From an uncultured delta proteobacterium (lineage in GTDB: Bacteria > Desulfobacterota > RBG-13-43-22), in assembly GCA_963843145.1 (NCBI GenBank), contig CAWJJC010000028.1:32001-96000 (forward strand): 64,000 bases of DNA. Reading direction: 5' to 3'. Shown in pieces: positions 9,393-20,301 of this stretch. The position numbers and the translations under genes are program-made. Every line of letters starts with the position of its first letter. The first letter of the stretch is position 1. The notes under the pieces are model-generated. The model was not told where the DNA came from and made no database searches. It saw nothing but the letters and a program-made list of their open reading frames with translations.

Positions 9393-12194
9393 ATGAAAAA
9401 GAACGTTAATAGCGCCATGATTTTGAGTTTAGTGGTGCTGTCAGTCTTGATTTCTCAAGGTTTGGCCGAGGCTCAGGGGCCGTCGATCTTCGGCGCTCAG
9501 ATGAACAATGCCATCGACGAGGCGGAGGGGCTGTCTCAGGCGTTGGCCGGCGGGGTTTACTGGGTTCGCTTTGATGCCTTCGAGTGGGACCGGATCGAAC
9601 CGGTGCCAACCGTCCCCTCCACCTTTCACTGGGAAAACGTCGATGAAAGCAGCCTCCAACGGGCCAACCAGAACGGACTCAACGTTATTGCCGTGGTCAA
9701 GTACACTCCCGACTGGGCCCAGAAATACCCCGGCTCGGCCTGCGGCCCGGTAAAAAGCAAGGCCTTCGCGGGCTTCGCCGAATTCTTGGCCGCAGTAGTC
9801 AACCGCTACAAAGGATCTCCCTACAACATCAAATACTGGGAGTTGGGTAATGAGATCGATGCCCCGGTCTACTATGAACGGAGCGTTTTCGGCTGCTGGG
9901 GAGATGGGGGTGATCCGTATTTCGGCGGAGAGTACTACGCGCAGATGCTCAAGGCGGCCTACCCGGCCATCAAAGCGGCCGATCCCGAAGCCCAGGTGCT
10001 GCTCGGGGGATTGGTCCTGGACAATCCCAACGAGATCCCTTATACGATCGCTCGCTTCCTCGAAGGGGTGCTTCGGGGCGGCGGGGGTCCATTTTTCGAC
10101 CTGGTAAACTTTCATTCCTACTCCTACTTCACCGGAGTCCCCGGTCTGCTCTATAATCCTAATTGGCCCGGTTCGCCCACTGCCCTTCCTGAAAAAACCG
10201 CTTTTCTTAAAAACATCCTCAACCGTTACGGGTGGGGGAATAAACCGCTGATTAATACCGAGACCGCCCTTTATTGCGATGTCAATAGCGACCCCTGTCT
10301 TGAAACCCAGGCCGTGTTTGTGGCCAAAGCCTACGCCGATGGAATCGCCTTGGGCCTTCAGGGATTGGTCTATTATGCCTTAAAAAGCGAGTGGCGTCTT
10401 ACCGGCCTGCTCCGACCCGACAACACCCCGCGGCCTTCCTACCTGGCCTTTAAGACCGCGGCCGACTTTTTAAGCCGCGCCCGGTATCGGGGTCCGGTCT
10501 CCGGGTACCCGGCCGGGATCTTCGGCCACACCTTCTGGCCTCAGGTGGGAACTTCCATCGAGGTGATCTGGGCAACGGATGGCGCCCCCCAATCCGTTCC
10601 CTTACCCTCCGGGGCCGAGGCCTTCGACCTTTACGGAACCCCCCTTTCGGTTTCCGGAGGCGCGATTACCGTCGATTACGGGCCGGTGTATATTCGAAAA
10701 TTTTATAACACCCTCAATCCGATATCTTCCATGACCTCCTTGCCCCCGGAGTCGCTTTTTACTGTTTCCCTTTCCTGGTCCGGCCAAGGCGCCGGCAGTA
10801 TCTCCAGTTACGACCTCCAGGTTCGGATGGGGCTCGATGGTCAGTGGACCGACCTCCTCCCAGACACTATCCTCACCAGCACTAATTACGACCTGGTTCC
10901 CGGAATTACCTATTACTTCCGTGTCCGGGCAAAGGATATTGATGGAAAGATAGAAGATTGGCCGGTTCAATACAATACTTCTACCTCCGTTGACTTTACC
11001 AAACCTGCTTCCTCGATGGCGGCCTTACCCGCGAATTCTTCGACCAGTATGATCTTGAATTGGTCGGGTTTCGATGCCCTTAGCGGAGTAGCCGGGTACG
11101 ATTTACAAGTGCGGGCGGGAACCGACGGCCAGTGGATCGACCTACTGGTAAACACGACGGCCACCAGCACCACGTACACTGTAACCAATGACACCACCTA
11201 CTATTTTCGTGTCCGTGCCAGAGACGTGGCGGGGAATGTCGAGGATTGGCCCTCGGACTACGATACCTTCACTCTGGTAGACACGGTGGCCCCTACCGGC
11301 AGTTTGGTCATTAATAACGGCGCACGCAGTACGACTTTTGCCGACGTTCAGCTTGCTCTCTCGGGAGAGGATGTCTCCGGAAAGGTTACCCAAATGAGAT
11401 TTTCGAATGAGGGGACCGTCTGGAGTGAATGGGAATCGTATGCCGGCTCGAAAAGCTGGACGCTGACCAGCGGGGATGGTTTAAAGACCGTTTGGGTCCA
11501 ATTCCAAGACGAAGCTGGAAACGTTTCTGTCCCCATCTCCAGCTCGATTACGCTTGACCTGGCCGCCGGGGGAGAATATGCCCTCTCGATTAATCAGGGA
11601 GCGCCCTTTACTAATCAAACCTTAGTTACTCTAACCATCGGTTCCAGGCCATTCACCTCTGAAATGATGGTCAGCAACGACGTAGGGTTTGCCGGGGCCT
11701 ACTGGGAGCCCTATAACAGCCTAAAGCCCTGGCAAATAAAGGGCTTCAAATATTTTGTCAGTCCCAGGGTAGTTTATATTCGATACAAAAATGCGGATGG
11801 AAGTATTTCGAGCAGTTATCAAGATGATATTATATTGGATGTGAATCCGCCGCTGGGCGATGTCCGGATAGTTGCACTAACCGCCAACCGGATCATAATC
11901 TCTGAGCCCGATAGGGGGTACCCCGTGAAATTGCCCAATGTCGGTTATAAAATCTTCCTCCCTGTGATTCAAAACCCTCTCCAGGGAACTTTGGTTAAAT
12001 TGGAATTAACCGCCAGCGACGATGTCAGCGGCGTAGGTCAAATGCTGATCAGTAATAATGCCGACTTCAGCGGGGCCTCTTGGGAGCCCTATAGACCCTT
12101 GAGGGACTGGGGGATGACCGGTTCAACGATTTATGTGAAGTTTAAAGATAATGCCGGGAATATTTCTAAAATTTATTCGGCCTCCAGGCCTTGA
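9393..12194 (+). CDS. Secreted clan GH-A glycoside hydrolase (GH5/GH39-like) with two FN3 and further Ig-like domains
   Basis: Signal peptide ending AEA-Q; WELGNE acid/base and INTE nucleophile motifs; duplicated YDLQVR..GQW.DLL..TYYFRVRA.D FN3 units. Confidence 0.8.
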   Translation: MKKNVNSAMILSLVVLSVLISQGLAEAQGPSIFGAQMNNAIDEAEGLSQALAGGVYWVRFDAFEWDRIEPVPTVPSTFHWENVDESSLQRANQNGLNVIAVVKYTPDWAQKYPGSACGPVKSKAFAGFAEFLAAVVNRYKGSPYNIKYWELGNEIDAPVYYERSVFGCWGDGGDPYFGGEYYAQMLKAAYPAIKAADPEAQVLLGGLVLDNPNEIPYTIARFLEGVLRGGGGPFFDLVNFHSYSYFTGVPGLLYNPNWPGSPTALPEKTAFLKNILNRYGWGNKPLINTETALYCDVNSDPCLETQAVFVAKAYADGIALGLQGLVYYALKSEWRLTGLLRPDNTPRPSYLAFKTAADFLSRARYRGPVSGYPAGIFGHTFWPQVGTSIEVIWATDGAPQSVPLPSGAEAFDLYGTPLSVSGGAITVDYGPVYIRKFYNTLNPISSMTSLPPESLFTVSLSWSGQGAGSISSYDLQVRMGLDGQWTDLLPDTILTSTNYDLVPGITYYFRVRAKDIDGKIEDWPVQYNTSTSVDFTKPASSMAALPANSSTSMILNWSGFDALSGVAGYDLQVRAGTDGQWIDLLVNTTATSTTYTVTNDTTYYFRVRARDVAGNVEDWPSDYDTFTLVDTVAPTGSLVINNGARSTTFADVQLALSGEDVSGKVTQMRFSNEGTVWSEWESYAGSKSWTLTSGDGLKTVWVQFQDEAGNVSVPISSSITLDLAAGGEYALSINQGAPFTNQTLVTLTIGSRPFTSEMMVSNDVGFAGAYWEPYNSLKPWQIKGFKYFVSPRVVYIRYKNADGSISSSYQDDIILDVNPPLGDVRIVALTANRIIISEPDRGYPVKLPNVGYKIFLPVIQNPLQGTLVKLELTASDDVSGVGQMLISNNADFSGASWEPYRPLRDWGMTGSTIYVKFKDNAGNISKIYSASRP

Positions 12195-12385
12195 AAATCA
12201 TCAATTTGGTGAAAGCCTCTGGAAAGCGTATTTGAATTTCCCGGCCATTTTATCCCCAGGGTCTTCCCGGTTCGATGGGGAGGTGAATGATTCGGCATGT
12301 TCATGAAAGCCAGCTAACCATACAGCGGATCGATCACCGCTCCCGCTGATGGCCCCGTAGTGTAAGGCCGATAAGTTGAGGAGGA

Positions 12386-12724
12386 CTATAAATCCAGTAC
12401 GAGCCGCAGCCCTTCCTCGATGGAACGCAGTGTTTTGCTCTTCAGGCGGCCGGCTTTTTCAGTGAGGAAACTCCGGTCTACTGTAATGACCTGGGAGACA
12501 TTGGCGACGGAATCCCTCGGCAGGCCGGATTCTGAGGCCGGGATCAATAGATTTCCCGGCGCTTCAGCCAGATGAAGGTTGGAGGTCAGCACGACCGCGA
12601 TGCTGGTTCGGATGCGGCTGCGATTGAACGAATCGGACTGGATGATCACTACCGGTCTTCGGTAACCGGGTTCTGAGGCGCTGGGATCCGGGAGTTGCGC
12701 CCACCAGACCTCTCCCCGCTCCAT
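12386..12724 (-). CDS. mazF: MazF/PemK family endoribonuclease toxin
   Basis: RGEVWWA.L..P.ASEPGYRRPVVIIQSD.FN and DSVANVSQVITVDR; start overlaps the antitoxin stop (TGATG). Confidence 0.92.
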   Translation of the reverse strand: MERGEVWWAQLPDPSASEPGYRRPVVIIQSDSFNRSRIRTSIAVVLTSNLHLAEAPGNLLIPASESGLPRDSVANVSQVITVDRSFLTEKAGRLKSKTLRSIEEGLRLVLDL

Positions 12725-12960
12725 CACCACTCCTCACGGCTTAATGAGCTGGCCTGTAACTTGCTGATGGCGGAAGGCAAGGAGGAATCTTCCTCCTCGT
12801 AAATGGAATTTAATTTGACTGTTATCTGGCGATCCTGGCGTCTGCTCAGGTATTCGTTAACGGCGGCCGTATAAAGCTGGCTCCGTGACATACCCAAGCG
12901 TTTGGCCAGGGACTCCGCTGATCGAAAAACTTCTTCCGGGATGGAAATCGCTGTTTTCAT
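12724..12960 (-). CDS. RHH antitoxin (ChpI/MazE-like)
   Basis: MKTAISIP..F..AE.LA..LGMSRSQLY ribbon-helix-helix pattern, directly upstream of mazF. Confidence 0.88.
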   Translation of the reverse strand: MKTAISIPEEVFRSAESLAKRLGMSRSQLYTAAVNEYLSRRQDRQITVKLNSIYEEEDSSLPSAISKLQASSLSREEW

Positions 12961-12967
12961 AAAATGA

Positions 12968-12995
12968 GTATAACCGTAGTTATACCTTTTGTCAA
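12968..12995 (-). promoter_or_regulatory. mazEF promoter and palindromic operator
   Basis: GTATAAC-CGTA-GTTATAC palindrome over the -10 region; TTGACA on the minus strand at 12990-12995. Confidence 0.65.
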
Positions 12996-13119
12996 GCTTG
13001 CAAAAGCACGATTTCCGCTGATGTCACAGCATAGATAAGGATTTTCTTGACCGGTCTAAGGCCTCTCATTTAGGATAGTCGTATGTCAGACGTATCCTAA
13101 ACACAATAAAGAATGGGGG

Positions 13120-13266
13120 TTCCGCAAAAAGTCGAAAAGCCAGTCATTGCGACCCTGGACGTGATCCGGGGGAAGCAATCCCCACCTTGACAAGTAGCTG
13201 ATTATTGGGGATTGCTTCGTCGCTTCACTCCTCGCAATGACAGCCTCTGGGACTTTTTGCGAGTTC
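13120..13266. repeat. Palindromic repeat, GTCATTGCGA...GCAATC family, with GCAAAAAGTC/GACTTTTTGC outer arms
   Basis: Inverted pair GTCATTGCGA..GAAGCAATCCCC / GGGGATTGCTTCGTCGCTTCACTCCTCGCAATGAC. Confidence 0.85.
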
Positions 13267-13287
13267 ATCAAGGATGAGAGGATAAAA

Positions 13288-13539
13288 GTGGCCAAAGGAA
13301 AAATATGCCTTACGATGGATCGGGATTTGATCGAATTCGCGAAGGATTATGCGGAGGAGCAGCGAACCACTGTTTCGGAGATCGTAACTCAATTTGTCCT
13401 TCATTTAAAACGCAAAGGCGAAACGGACCCAACGGATATCATTATCAGGGATCCCCAATTTTGTGAGAGCCTGATGGAAACCATGTCTCGGATCAGGTCC
13501 GGAAAAATGAAGTGGCATCATTACGACGAGATTTTTTAA
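13288..13539 (+). CDS. Orphan RHH antitoxin-like protein (DUF6364-like)
   Basis: [29 protein letters not shown]; GAGG RBS before GTG; no toxin follows, uvrB starts 4 bp after the stop. Confidence 0.65.
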   Translation: MAKGKICLTMDRDLIEFAKDYAEEQRTTVSEIVTQFVLHLKRKGETDPTDIIIRDPQFCESLMETMSRIRSGKMKWHHYDEIF

Positions 13540-13543
13540 ATTT

Positions 13544-15547
13544 ATGTACTCAAAAAACGCCTTCCATCTGGTCTCCGATTTCACCCCCCAGGGCGATCAG
13601 CCCCAGGCCATCGAACAACTGGCCACCGGGGTGGAGCAGGGAATAAAACACCAGGTCCTGCTGGGGGTCACCGGGTCGGGAAAGACGTTCACCATGGCGC
13701 AGGTGGTGGCCAAGGTCCAGAAACCTACTTTGATCCTGGCCCCCAACAAGACCCTGGCCGCCCAGCTCTTCGGAGAGTTCAAGTCGTTTTTCCCCGAGAA
13801 TGCCGTAGAGTATTTCGTCAGCTATTACGATTACTACCAACCGGAGGCCTATTTGCCTTCGAGCGACACCTACATTGAAAAAGATTCCTCCATTAACGAG
13901 GAAATCGACAAGATGCGCCACTCGGCCACCCGCTCCCTGCTCACTCGCAGCGACGTGCTGATCGTGGCCAGCGTGTCCTGCATCTACGGACTGGGGTCAC
14001 CGGATGCCTACCAGGACCTGTTGCTGGCTTTGGAAACCGGGCAGGAGATCCCCCGGGATGCCGTTTTGGGCCAATTGGTCTCCATGCTCTACGAACGCAA
14101 CGATATCGACTTTCACCGGGGCACCTTTCGGGTCCGGGGAGACGTGGTGGAGGTCTTTCCTGCTTATGAGGAGGAACGGGCCCTTCGGATTTCTTTTTTT
14201 GGTGATTCCATCGAAAGCCTGTCGATCATTGACCCCCTTCGAGGAAAAACCCAGGAACGCCTGCCGCAGGTCCAGATCTTTCCCAATAGCCATTACGTCA
14301 CCAGCCCGGAGCGCAGGGAGCAGGCTTACCTGGCCATCGAGGCGGAACTTACCGAACGCCTCATCTACTTCCATGAGCACCAGAAATTAATCGAGGCCCA
14401 GCGGATTGGGGAACGGACCCGCTTTGACCTGGAGATGATGAAAGAGTTAGGCTACTGCCACGGTATTGAAAATTATTCCCGTCACCTGACCGGCCGGTTG
14501 GCCGGTCAGCCGCCGCCGACGCTGTTGGAATATTTCCCTCAGGATTTTCTGCTGTTTATTGATGAGAGTCATTTGGCGGTTCCTCAGCTTCAGGGCATGT
14601 ACCGGGGCGACCGTTCCCGCAAACAGACCCTGGTGGAGTACGGGTTTCGGCTGCCCTCGGCCCTGGACAACCGGCCCCTGAATTTTCAGGAATATGAGCA
14701 AATGGTCCGCCAGGTCATTTATGTCTCCGCCACGCCGGCGGAGTACGAAATGCGGCAATCGGGCGGACTGGTGGCGGAGCAGATCATCCGGCCTACCGGT
14801 TTGATGGATCCTCGGATCAGCGTCTTGCCGGCCACGGATCAGGTGGATCACCTGCTGCAGGCTATCAAGAAAAGGGTCGGCCAACAAGAACGGGTGCTGG
14901 TCACCACCCTGACCAAACGTCTGGCCGAAAGCTTGACCGATTATTACCAGGAAAAAGGGATCAAGGTCCGTTACCTGCACTCGGATATCAACACCCTGGA
15001 GCGCATCGAGATATTGCGGGATCTGCGCTTGGGGGAATTCGATGTCTTGGTCGGGATCAATCTGCTCCGGGAAGGGCTGGATTTGCCTGAAGTCAGCCTG
15101 GTGGCCATTTTGGATGCGGACAAGGAAGGCTTTCTGCGTTCGGCCCGGTCTCTGATTCAGACCTGCGGACGGGCGGCCCGGAATCTTTCGGGGGAGGTCT
15201 ATTTTTACGCCGATCAGGTCACCCGGTCCATGCAGGCGGCCATCGAGGAAACCGAAAAGCGGCGGAAACTGCAAAAGGCCTATAACCGGAAGCACCGGAT
15301 AACTCCCACGAGCATCAAGAAGTCCATTCAGGATATCATGGCCTCGGTCTACGAGGCCGACTATTACACCGTACCGGCGGCCAAAGAAGCGCAGGCGGAC
15401 TACGACGATCCGGCCAAGATACCGGCGCTGCTCAAAAAGCTGCAGAAAGAGATGAAGGCTGCGGCCAAGCGTCTGGATTTTGAAGAGGCCGCCGAACTAC
15501 GAGATAAAATTAAGGGGCTGCAGGAGAGGGAGCTTTTATGGAAATAG
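13544..15547 (+). CDS. uvrB: Excinuclease ABC subunit B
   Basis: [29 protein letters not shown]-terminal UVR domain. Confidence 0.99.
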   Translation: MYSKNAFHLVSDFTPQGDQPQAIEQLATGVEQGIKHQVLLGVTGSGKTFTMAQVVAKVQKPTLILAPNKTLAAQLFGEFKSFFPENAVEYFVSYYDYYQPEAYLPSSDTYIEKDSSINEEIDKMRHSATRSLLTRSDVLIVASVSCIYGLGSPDAYQDLLLALETGQEIPRDAVLGQLVSMLYERNDIDFHRGTFRVRGDVVEVFPAYEEERALRISFFGDSIESLSIIDPLRGKTQERLPQVQIFPNSHYVTSPERREQAYLAIEAELTERLIYFHEHQKLIEAQRIGERTRFDLEMMKELGYCHGIENYSRHLTGRLAGQPPPTLLEYFPQDFLLFIDESHLAVPQLQGMYRGDRSRKQTLVEYGFRLPSALDNRPLNFQEYEQMVRQVIYVSATPAEYEMRQSGGLVAEQIIRPTGLMDPRISVLPATDQVDHLLQAIKKRVGQQERVLVTTLTKRLAESLTDYYQEKGIKVRYLHSDINTLERIEILRDLRLGEFDVLVGINLLREGLDLPEVSLVAILDADKEGFLRSARSLIQTCGRAARNLSGEVYFYADQVTRSMQAAIEETEKRRKLQKAYNRKHRITPTSIKKSIQDIMASVYEADYYTVPAAKEAQADYDDPAKIPALLKKLQKEMKAAAKRLDFEEAAELRDKIKGLQERELLWK

Positions 15548-15566
15548 TCCAAGTCTTTTCCGGATT

Positions 15567-15697
15567 AAATTCGAAATTCGAAGCACGAAATTCGAAACAA
15601 ATCCGAATGTTCAAAATTCAAATGACAAAAATAACTCCTCCTCCCTTGACGGGAGGGGGTTGGAGGATGGGTGGACAGATAACGTTTCGGATTTCGG
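15567..15697. repeat. 7-nt periodic AAATTCG repeat with inverted counterpart and a nested CCTCCCTTGACGGGAGG hairpin
   Basis: AAATTCG-AAATTCG-AAGCACG-AAATTCG... then TTTCGGATTTCGG; related tract at 52231-52256. Confidence 0.6.
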
Positions 15698-15704
15698 AGG
15701 CCAA

Positions 15705-17252
15705 ATGATCACTCCATCTACCCTCTGGGCCTTTCTGATAGGGGCCATCCTGGGGATCGTCATTGTGGGTCTGCTGCTCAAGATCCGCCTGACCCAGAAG
15801 GCCGCTGAAGCCATCCAAACCTGCAAATCCGAACTGGCGGTGTTGGAAGAACGGATTCGGGCCAAGGAACTTTCCTATGACCATTTGCTGACCAAGAATC
15901 AGGAAATTGAAAAAGAGATGGAACACCTCCGGGATTCTCTGATTCAAGAAGGGCAGGAGAAGGTGGCGGCCCGCAAGGAACTGGAACAGTTGCCGGAAGT
16001 GAAGAATATCCTTCAGGGCCGGGAAGTCGAGAACCTCGAGTTGCGGGAGGAGATCAGCCGCCTGAAACAGGTGCAGGCCGAACTGGAAACCACGTTGCAT
16101 CAGGAGCGGCTGGCCGTCGAAGAAAAGCTGTCTCTCCTGGAAGAAGCCTCGCATAAAATGAGCGATGCCTTCAAGGCGCTGTCCTCTGAAGCCTTGCGCA
16201 GCAACAATCAACAATTTCTGGATTTGGCCCGGGCCACCCTGGAAAAATTTCAAACCGAGGCCCAGGGGGATCTGGCTCAGCGGCAGAAGGCCGTGGAGAC
16301 CCTGGTCGCTCCCCTGAAGGATACGTTGGATCGATATGCCCAGCAGGTGCAGTCCATGGAGCAGGCCCGGCAGCAGGCCTACGGAAGCTTGAGCCAGCAT
16401 CTTAAGCAGATGGCCGTTACCGAAGAAAAATTGCAGCAGGAGACGGGCAACCTGGTCAAGGCCCTGCGGTCCCCGCAGGTTCGGGGCCGCTGGGGGGAGA
16501 TCACTTTGAAGCGGGTGGCCGAGCTGGCTGGTATGATGGAGCACTGCGATTTCATCGAACAGGAAACTGTGTCCGGCCCGGATGGGAGGCTGCGGCCGGA
16601 TATGGTCATTAAAATGCCCAGCCGCAAATCGGTGGTAGTCGACTCCAAGGCCCCCTTGCAGGCCTATCTCGAATCGCTGGAAGCGCCCACCGAGGAAGAC
16701 CGCCGGGCGAGGCTGCAGGAGCATGCCCGTCAGATTCAGACCCATTTGCAGAAACTATCCGCCAAGGCTTATTGGGACCAGTTTAGCGAGGCCCCGGAAT
16801 TCGTGGTCCTGTTTCTGCCGGGGGAAAATTTTTTCAGCGCCGCCCTGGAGCAGAATCCCCGGCTGATCGAAGAAGGGGTGAACCAGCGGGTCATCCTGGC
16901 TACCCCCACGACCTTGATTGCCCTGCTGCGGGCCATTGCCTATGGCTGGCGCCAGGAGCAACTGGCGGAAAACGCCCAGGCCATCAGCGACCTGGGAAAA
17001 CTGCTCTATGACCGCCTGGCCAAGGTAGCCCGGCATTTCAGCGAGGTGGGCCGGTCCTTGGATAAATGCGTTCACTCCTACAATGAGGCCGTGGGTTCCC
17101 TGGAGACCCGGGTGCTGACCGCGGCCCGTCGGTTCAGGGAGCTAGGGGTCAGCTCCAAGGAGGACCTGCCGGCACTGCAGCCTTCGGAGAAAATCACGCG
17201 GGCTCTGCAGGCGCCGGAATTGAATGGGGACCAGCAATCACCCGATATTTGA
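15705..17252 (+). CDS. rmuC: DNA recombination protein RmuC
   Basis: N-terminal TM helix, coiled coil, RGRWGE..L, RPD, VVVDSK, PEFVVLFLP; GGAGG RBS before ATG 15705. Confidence 0.95.
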   Translation: MITPSTLWAFLIGAILGIVIVGLLLKIRLTQKAAEAIQTCKSELAVLEERIRAKELSYDHLLTKNQEIEKEMEHLRDSLIQEGQEKVAARKELEQLPEVKNILQGREVENLELREEISRLKQVQAELETTLHQERLAVEEKLSLLEEASHKMSDAFKALSSEALRSNNQQFLDLARATLEKFQTEAQGDLAQRQKAVETLVAPLKDTLDRYAQQVQSMEQARQQAYGSLSQHLKQMAVTEEKLQQETGNLVKALRSPQVRGRWGEITLKRVAELAGMMEHCDFIEQETVSGPDGRLRPDMVIKMPSRKSVVVDSKAPLQAYLESLEAPTEEDRRARLQEHARQIQTHLQKLSAKAYWDQFSEAPEFVVLFLPGENFFSAALEQNPRLIEEGVNQRVILATPTTLIALLRAIAYGWRQEQLAENAQAISDLGKLLYDRLAKVARHFSEVGRSLDKCVHSYNEAVGSLETRVLTAARRFRELGVSSKEDLPALQPSEKITRALQAPELNGDQQSPDI

Positions 17253-17292
17253 ACCCGGCTGGATCCTGTGACCAAGGCTATGAAGCTAACCA

Positions 17293-17381
17293 GGGGATTG
17301 CTTCGCTTCGCTCGCAATGACGGGTAGTGATGAAAACCCTCGGGCTGTCATTGCGAGGAGCGAAGCGACGAAGCAATCCCC
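17293..17381. repeat. GTCATTGCGAG palindromic repeat pair
   Basis: GGGGATTGCTTCGCTTCGCTCGCAATGAC ... GTCATTGCGAGGAGCGAAGCGACGAAGCAATCCCC. Confidence 0.85.
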
Positions 17382-17444
17382 CCCCCATTGACGTTGGCTA
17401 CTGAAGTTTATGGAGTGAAACGGAACACTGGATGAGGAGTTCTT

Positions 17445-18101
17445 ATGAACCGGAAACCAATAAAAGGAATGCTATTCATTGTGGGAATTTTTATGGTTGG
17501 GGCCGCCACTCCAATGACGGCCTTGGCTCAAAAACCGCCGACTTCTGAAAACCTGGATGCCAAGGTGGAAAAATTCCTTAAGGGAAACCGGGCGAATTGG
17601 CAGGATTGGAATGTGCCCTACCAGGACGGACAGGCGTTGTACAATCTGATCATCAAAAACAACTATACCAGGGCTTTGGAAATCGGGACCTCTACGGGCC
17701 ATTCCGCCATCTGGATGGCTTGGGCCTTGAGCAAGACCGGAGGCCGTTTAATCACCATTGAAATCGACGAAGGACGTTATAAAACCGCCTTAGAAAACTT
17801 CAAGCAGGCCGGAGTGGAAAGGTTTATTGATGCCCGGCTGGCCGACGCCCATCAACTGGTGAGGCATTTGGAAGGGCCTTTTGATTTCATTTTTTCCGAT
17901 GCCGACAAAGAATGGTACCTCCAGTATTTTAAGGACCTGGATGGGAAGTTGCTAAAAGGCGGCTGCTTCACGGCCCACAACGTCAACCACCCTTTCGGGG
18001 GCATCAAAGAATTTTTGGACTACATCCAAGGCCTGCCCAACTACTTGACCACTATTCAGAGGTCGGCCGGTGCCGGTATTTCCATCAGCTATAAAAAGTG
18101 A
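17445..18101 (+). CDS. O-methyltransferase (class I SAM) with N-terminal signal-like peptide
   Basis: LEIGTSTGHS, TIEID, FDFIFSDADK; hydrophobic N-terminus ending ALA-Q. Confidence 0.88.
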   Translation: MNRKPIKGMLFIVGIFMVGAATPMTALAQKPPTSENLDAKVEKFLKGNRANWQDWNVPYQDGQALYNLIIKNNYTRALEIGTSTGHSAIWMAWALSKTGGRLITIEIDEGRYKTALENFKQAGVERFIDARLADAHQLVRHLEGPFDFIFSDADKEWYLQYFKDLDGKLLKGGCFTAHNVNHPFGGIKEFLDYIQGLPNYLTTIQRSAGAGISISYKK

Positions 18102-18254
18102 AATGGAAAATCGGGAATTTTGAACTGGACCATTCCTAATAAAGTCTAGAAAAGCAACGAACTCAACCTCTCCAGCGGATCCCTCCATCCGTCCCCTGTT
18201 GCCAGGGGCCGGAAGTTCCCTTGTTGGTTGTCCTACCCTAAACAGTGCGGGAGA

Positions 18255-20244
18255 TTATCTAATTATTAAGGGAAAATAAACCGGATAAAGCCGTTCCACC
18301 ACGTGCAGCGTCAAGGGGATTTGGGTTGGAGAGCCTCCGGTGTCGGGTGGGTCGGTCACGGTCAGCGTCAATGACCCGGCATAAGAGGCGGGGGACAACT
18401 GGGCGTAATTTAGCGGGGTGATGGTCAAGGTGGAGGGCGTGTTCCCGTTTATTGGAGAGACAGATACCCAGGTTCCTCCTGGTTCTGCCGTCCAGTGGAG
18501 GCTTTGGCCGGTTCCGATGTTTTTGGGCGTCACCTGAACCTGGGCCGGGCTGAGGCGTTGCTGCTGGAGGTCATAGAAAAACGTTACCTGTTTAGGGATA
18601 TTTCCCAAGATGTTGGCCGCCTGTCCGGTCCGGAGATAGGAACCCCTTCCGGTTCCCCACAAGACGCGGGCGTTGGAAGTACCGGGCAGGGTGTAGGCGA
18701 CCAGACCGGTATGGGCCGTGCCGATCACCACCTCCAGGTCCCCGTCCCCATCGATATCGGCCAGGGTGGGGGCCCCCAGGGCGCCGTCCCAATCCTGGCT
18801 GCTGCGGGGTAGATCCACGGCGTGCAGCAATTGGCCCAAGTGGTTCAAGATAATCAACTGGCCGCCCGCGTTGCTGCCCTTCTGGGTCCAGGTGGTGAAA
18901 AGCACCTCGGCTTTTCCGTCGCCGTCCAGGTCCGCCACGACCGGCTCCGAGGCGAAGCGGATAAAGCCTTCCGCCGGGTTGGTTACCTGAAAGGGCCAGT
19001 AGCCGTGCTCGGTGCGGTCCAGCCAGTAAGCATGGACCCGCCCGTCATAGGAGGCGTAAAGGATTTCCTTGAAACCATCTCCATCCAGGTCAACGACCAC
19101 CGGGTTGGGCTGGGCGGTTTCGATGACATTATAATCCTCGGACAGGGGTCCCGCCTGTCCCGTCGGGAATGGGTAGGCTCTCCCAGTTGAAAACGCTTCC
19201 GGACCAGCGGGTTCGGTCCTTATTCAGGATATAAGGCAGTTGATACAGGGAGCGGTAGGGATCGGCGCGGCAGTCATATTGGTTGCCGACAATGATAATC
19301 TCCGGGGTTCCGTCTCCATCCACGTCCGCGAAAGAGGGGGCGCTGTCCGCGAAGTTAGGCCGGGGTTCCAACGGTTCCTCTCCGGCCGTGCAGTTGGCGT
19401 AACCCCGAAGATCGACCGCCTGGCTCAGATGAAAGCCGACCCTGGCCCAGGGTTTATTCTGCCCGCCCACCTGGCCGTAAATCGACGCGGCCCGAAGCGG
19501 GGTCCCGTCCTGGCGATACCCGGCCACGTAATGGGTATCATTGGGACCGATCATTTCCAGTTGGCCGTCCCCATCCAGGTCGGCCAGCCCCACGTTTTCA
19601 TTGAAGCACCCGGCGGCATAGCCGTTGATATCGGAATCCGGCGAAAGTACCGGCCAGCCGGGACGCACCGAGCCATCGGCATTGAGAAGGAACCACTGGT
19701 TGTCCGGCCGGGTGGAGGCGGTCAGGATCTCCAGCGTCCCGTTGCCGTCCACATCGCCCACGGCCAGGCTGCGCAGTTCATTCCCGGGGGTAGGCTGCTG
19801 AGGCCAGCCGGGGCGAGGAGAGCCGTTGGCCTGATAGACCGACAGGTAGCCGCCGCTGTGGGCGGTGACGATTTCCGGGGACTGGTTGCCGTCCAGATCG
19901 GCCACCACCACCCCGGGCCAGCCCCGGCCTCCGCCGGGATTATCCACCACCCAGTGGTTGCTCCCGTCTTCCCCCTTGACCACCACGATCCGGTAGTCGG
20001 TCCAGATGACTTCCATTTTGCCGTCCTTATCCAGGTCGGCCACGGCCGGCGAGGAGTACCACCCGGTCCGGCACCAGGTGGACCGGCAGCCGCCCTTTTG
20101 CCACTTGAGGACCGGAGCGGAGAAAGCGGTGAGTTTTTCAGGTTGAGCCAGGAATAAAATTACGGTTAGACTGAAAACCAGCCCCACCTTGAACATATTC
20201 CGGGAATTTTTATTGAACCTATCCAATATGGAATCAATCGGCAT
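18255..20244 (-). CDS. Secreted FG-GAP/VCBS-repeat protein with C-terminal BACON-like domain (one frameshift near 19150)
   Basis: Many ADLDGDG..E repeats across ORFs 19129-20244 and 18255-19100; signal peptide; ends VYFPLIIR. Confidence 0.82.
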
Positions 20245-20301
20245 ATCGCCTTAAACCTCCAGGCACGGGTCGGGTTCCCCCGAGGCGTGAAAATGGCAGT
20301 T

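Noticed and set aside
15480-15704. Long N-terminal extension of RmuC
   Set aside because: Overlaps uvrB and translates repeat DNA; a GGAGG RBS supports ATG 15705.
18136-18154. CTAATAAAGTCTAGAAAAG resembling the operator at 55070
   Set aside because: Only a partial match in a convergent intergenic region with no gene to regulate; may be chance.
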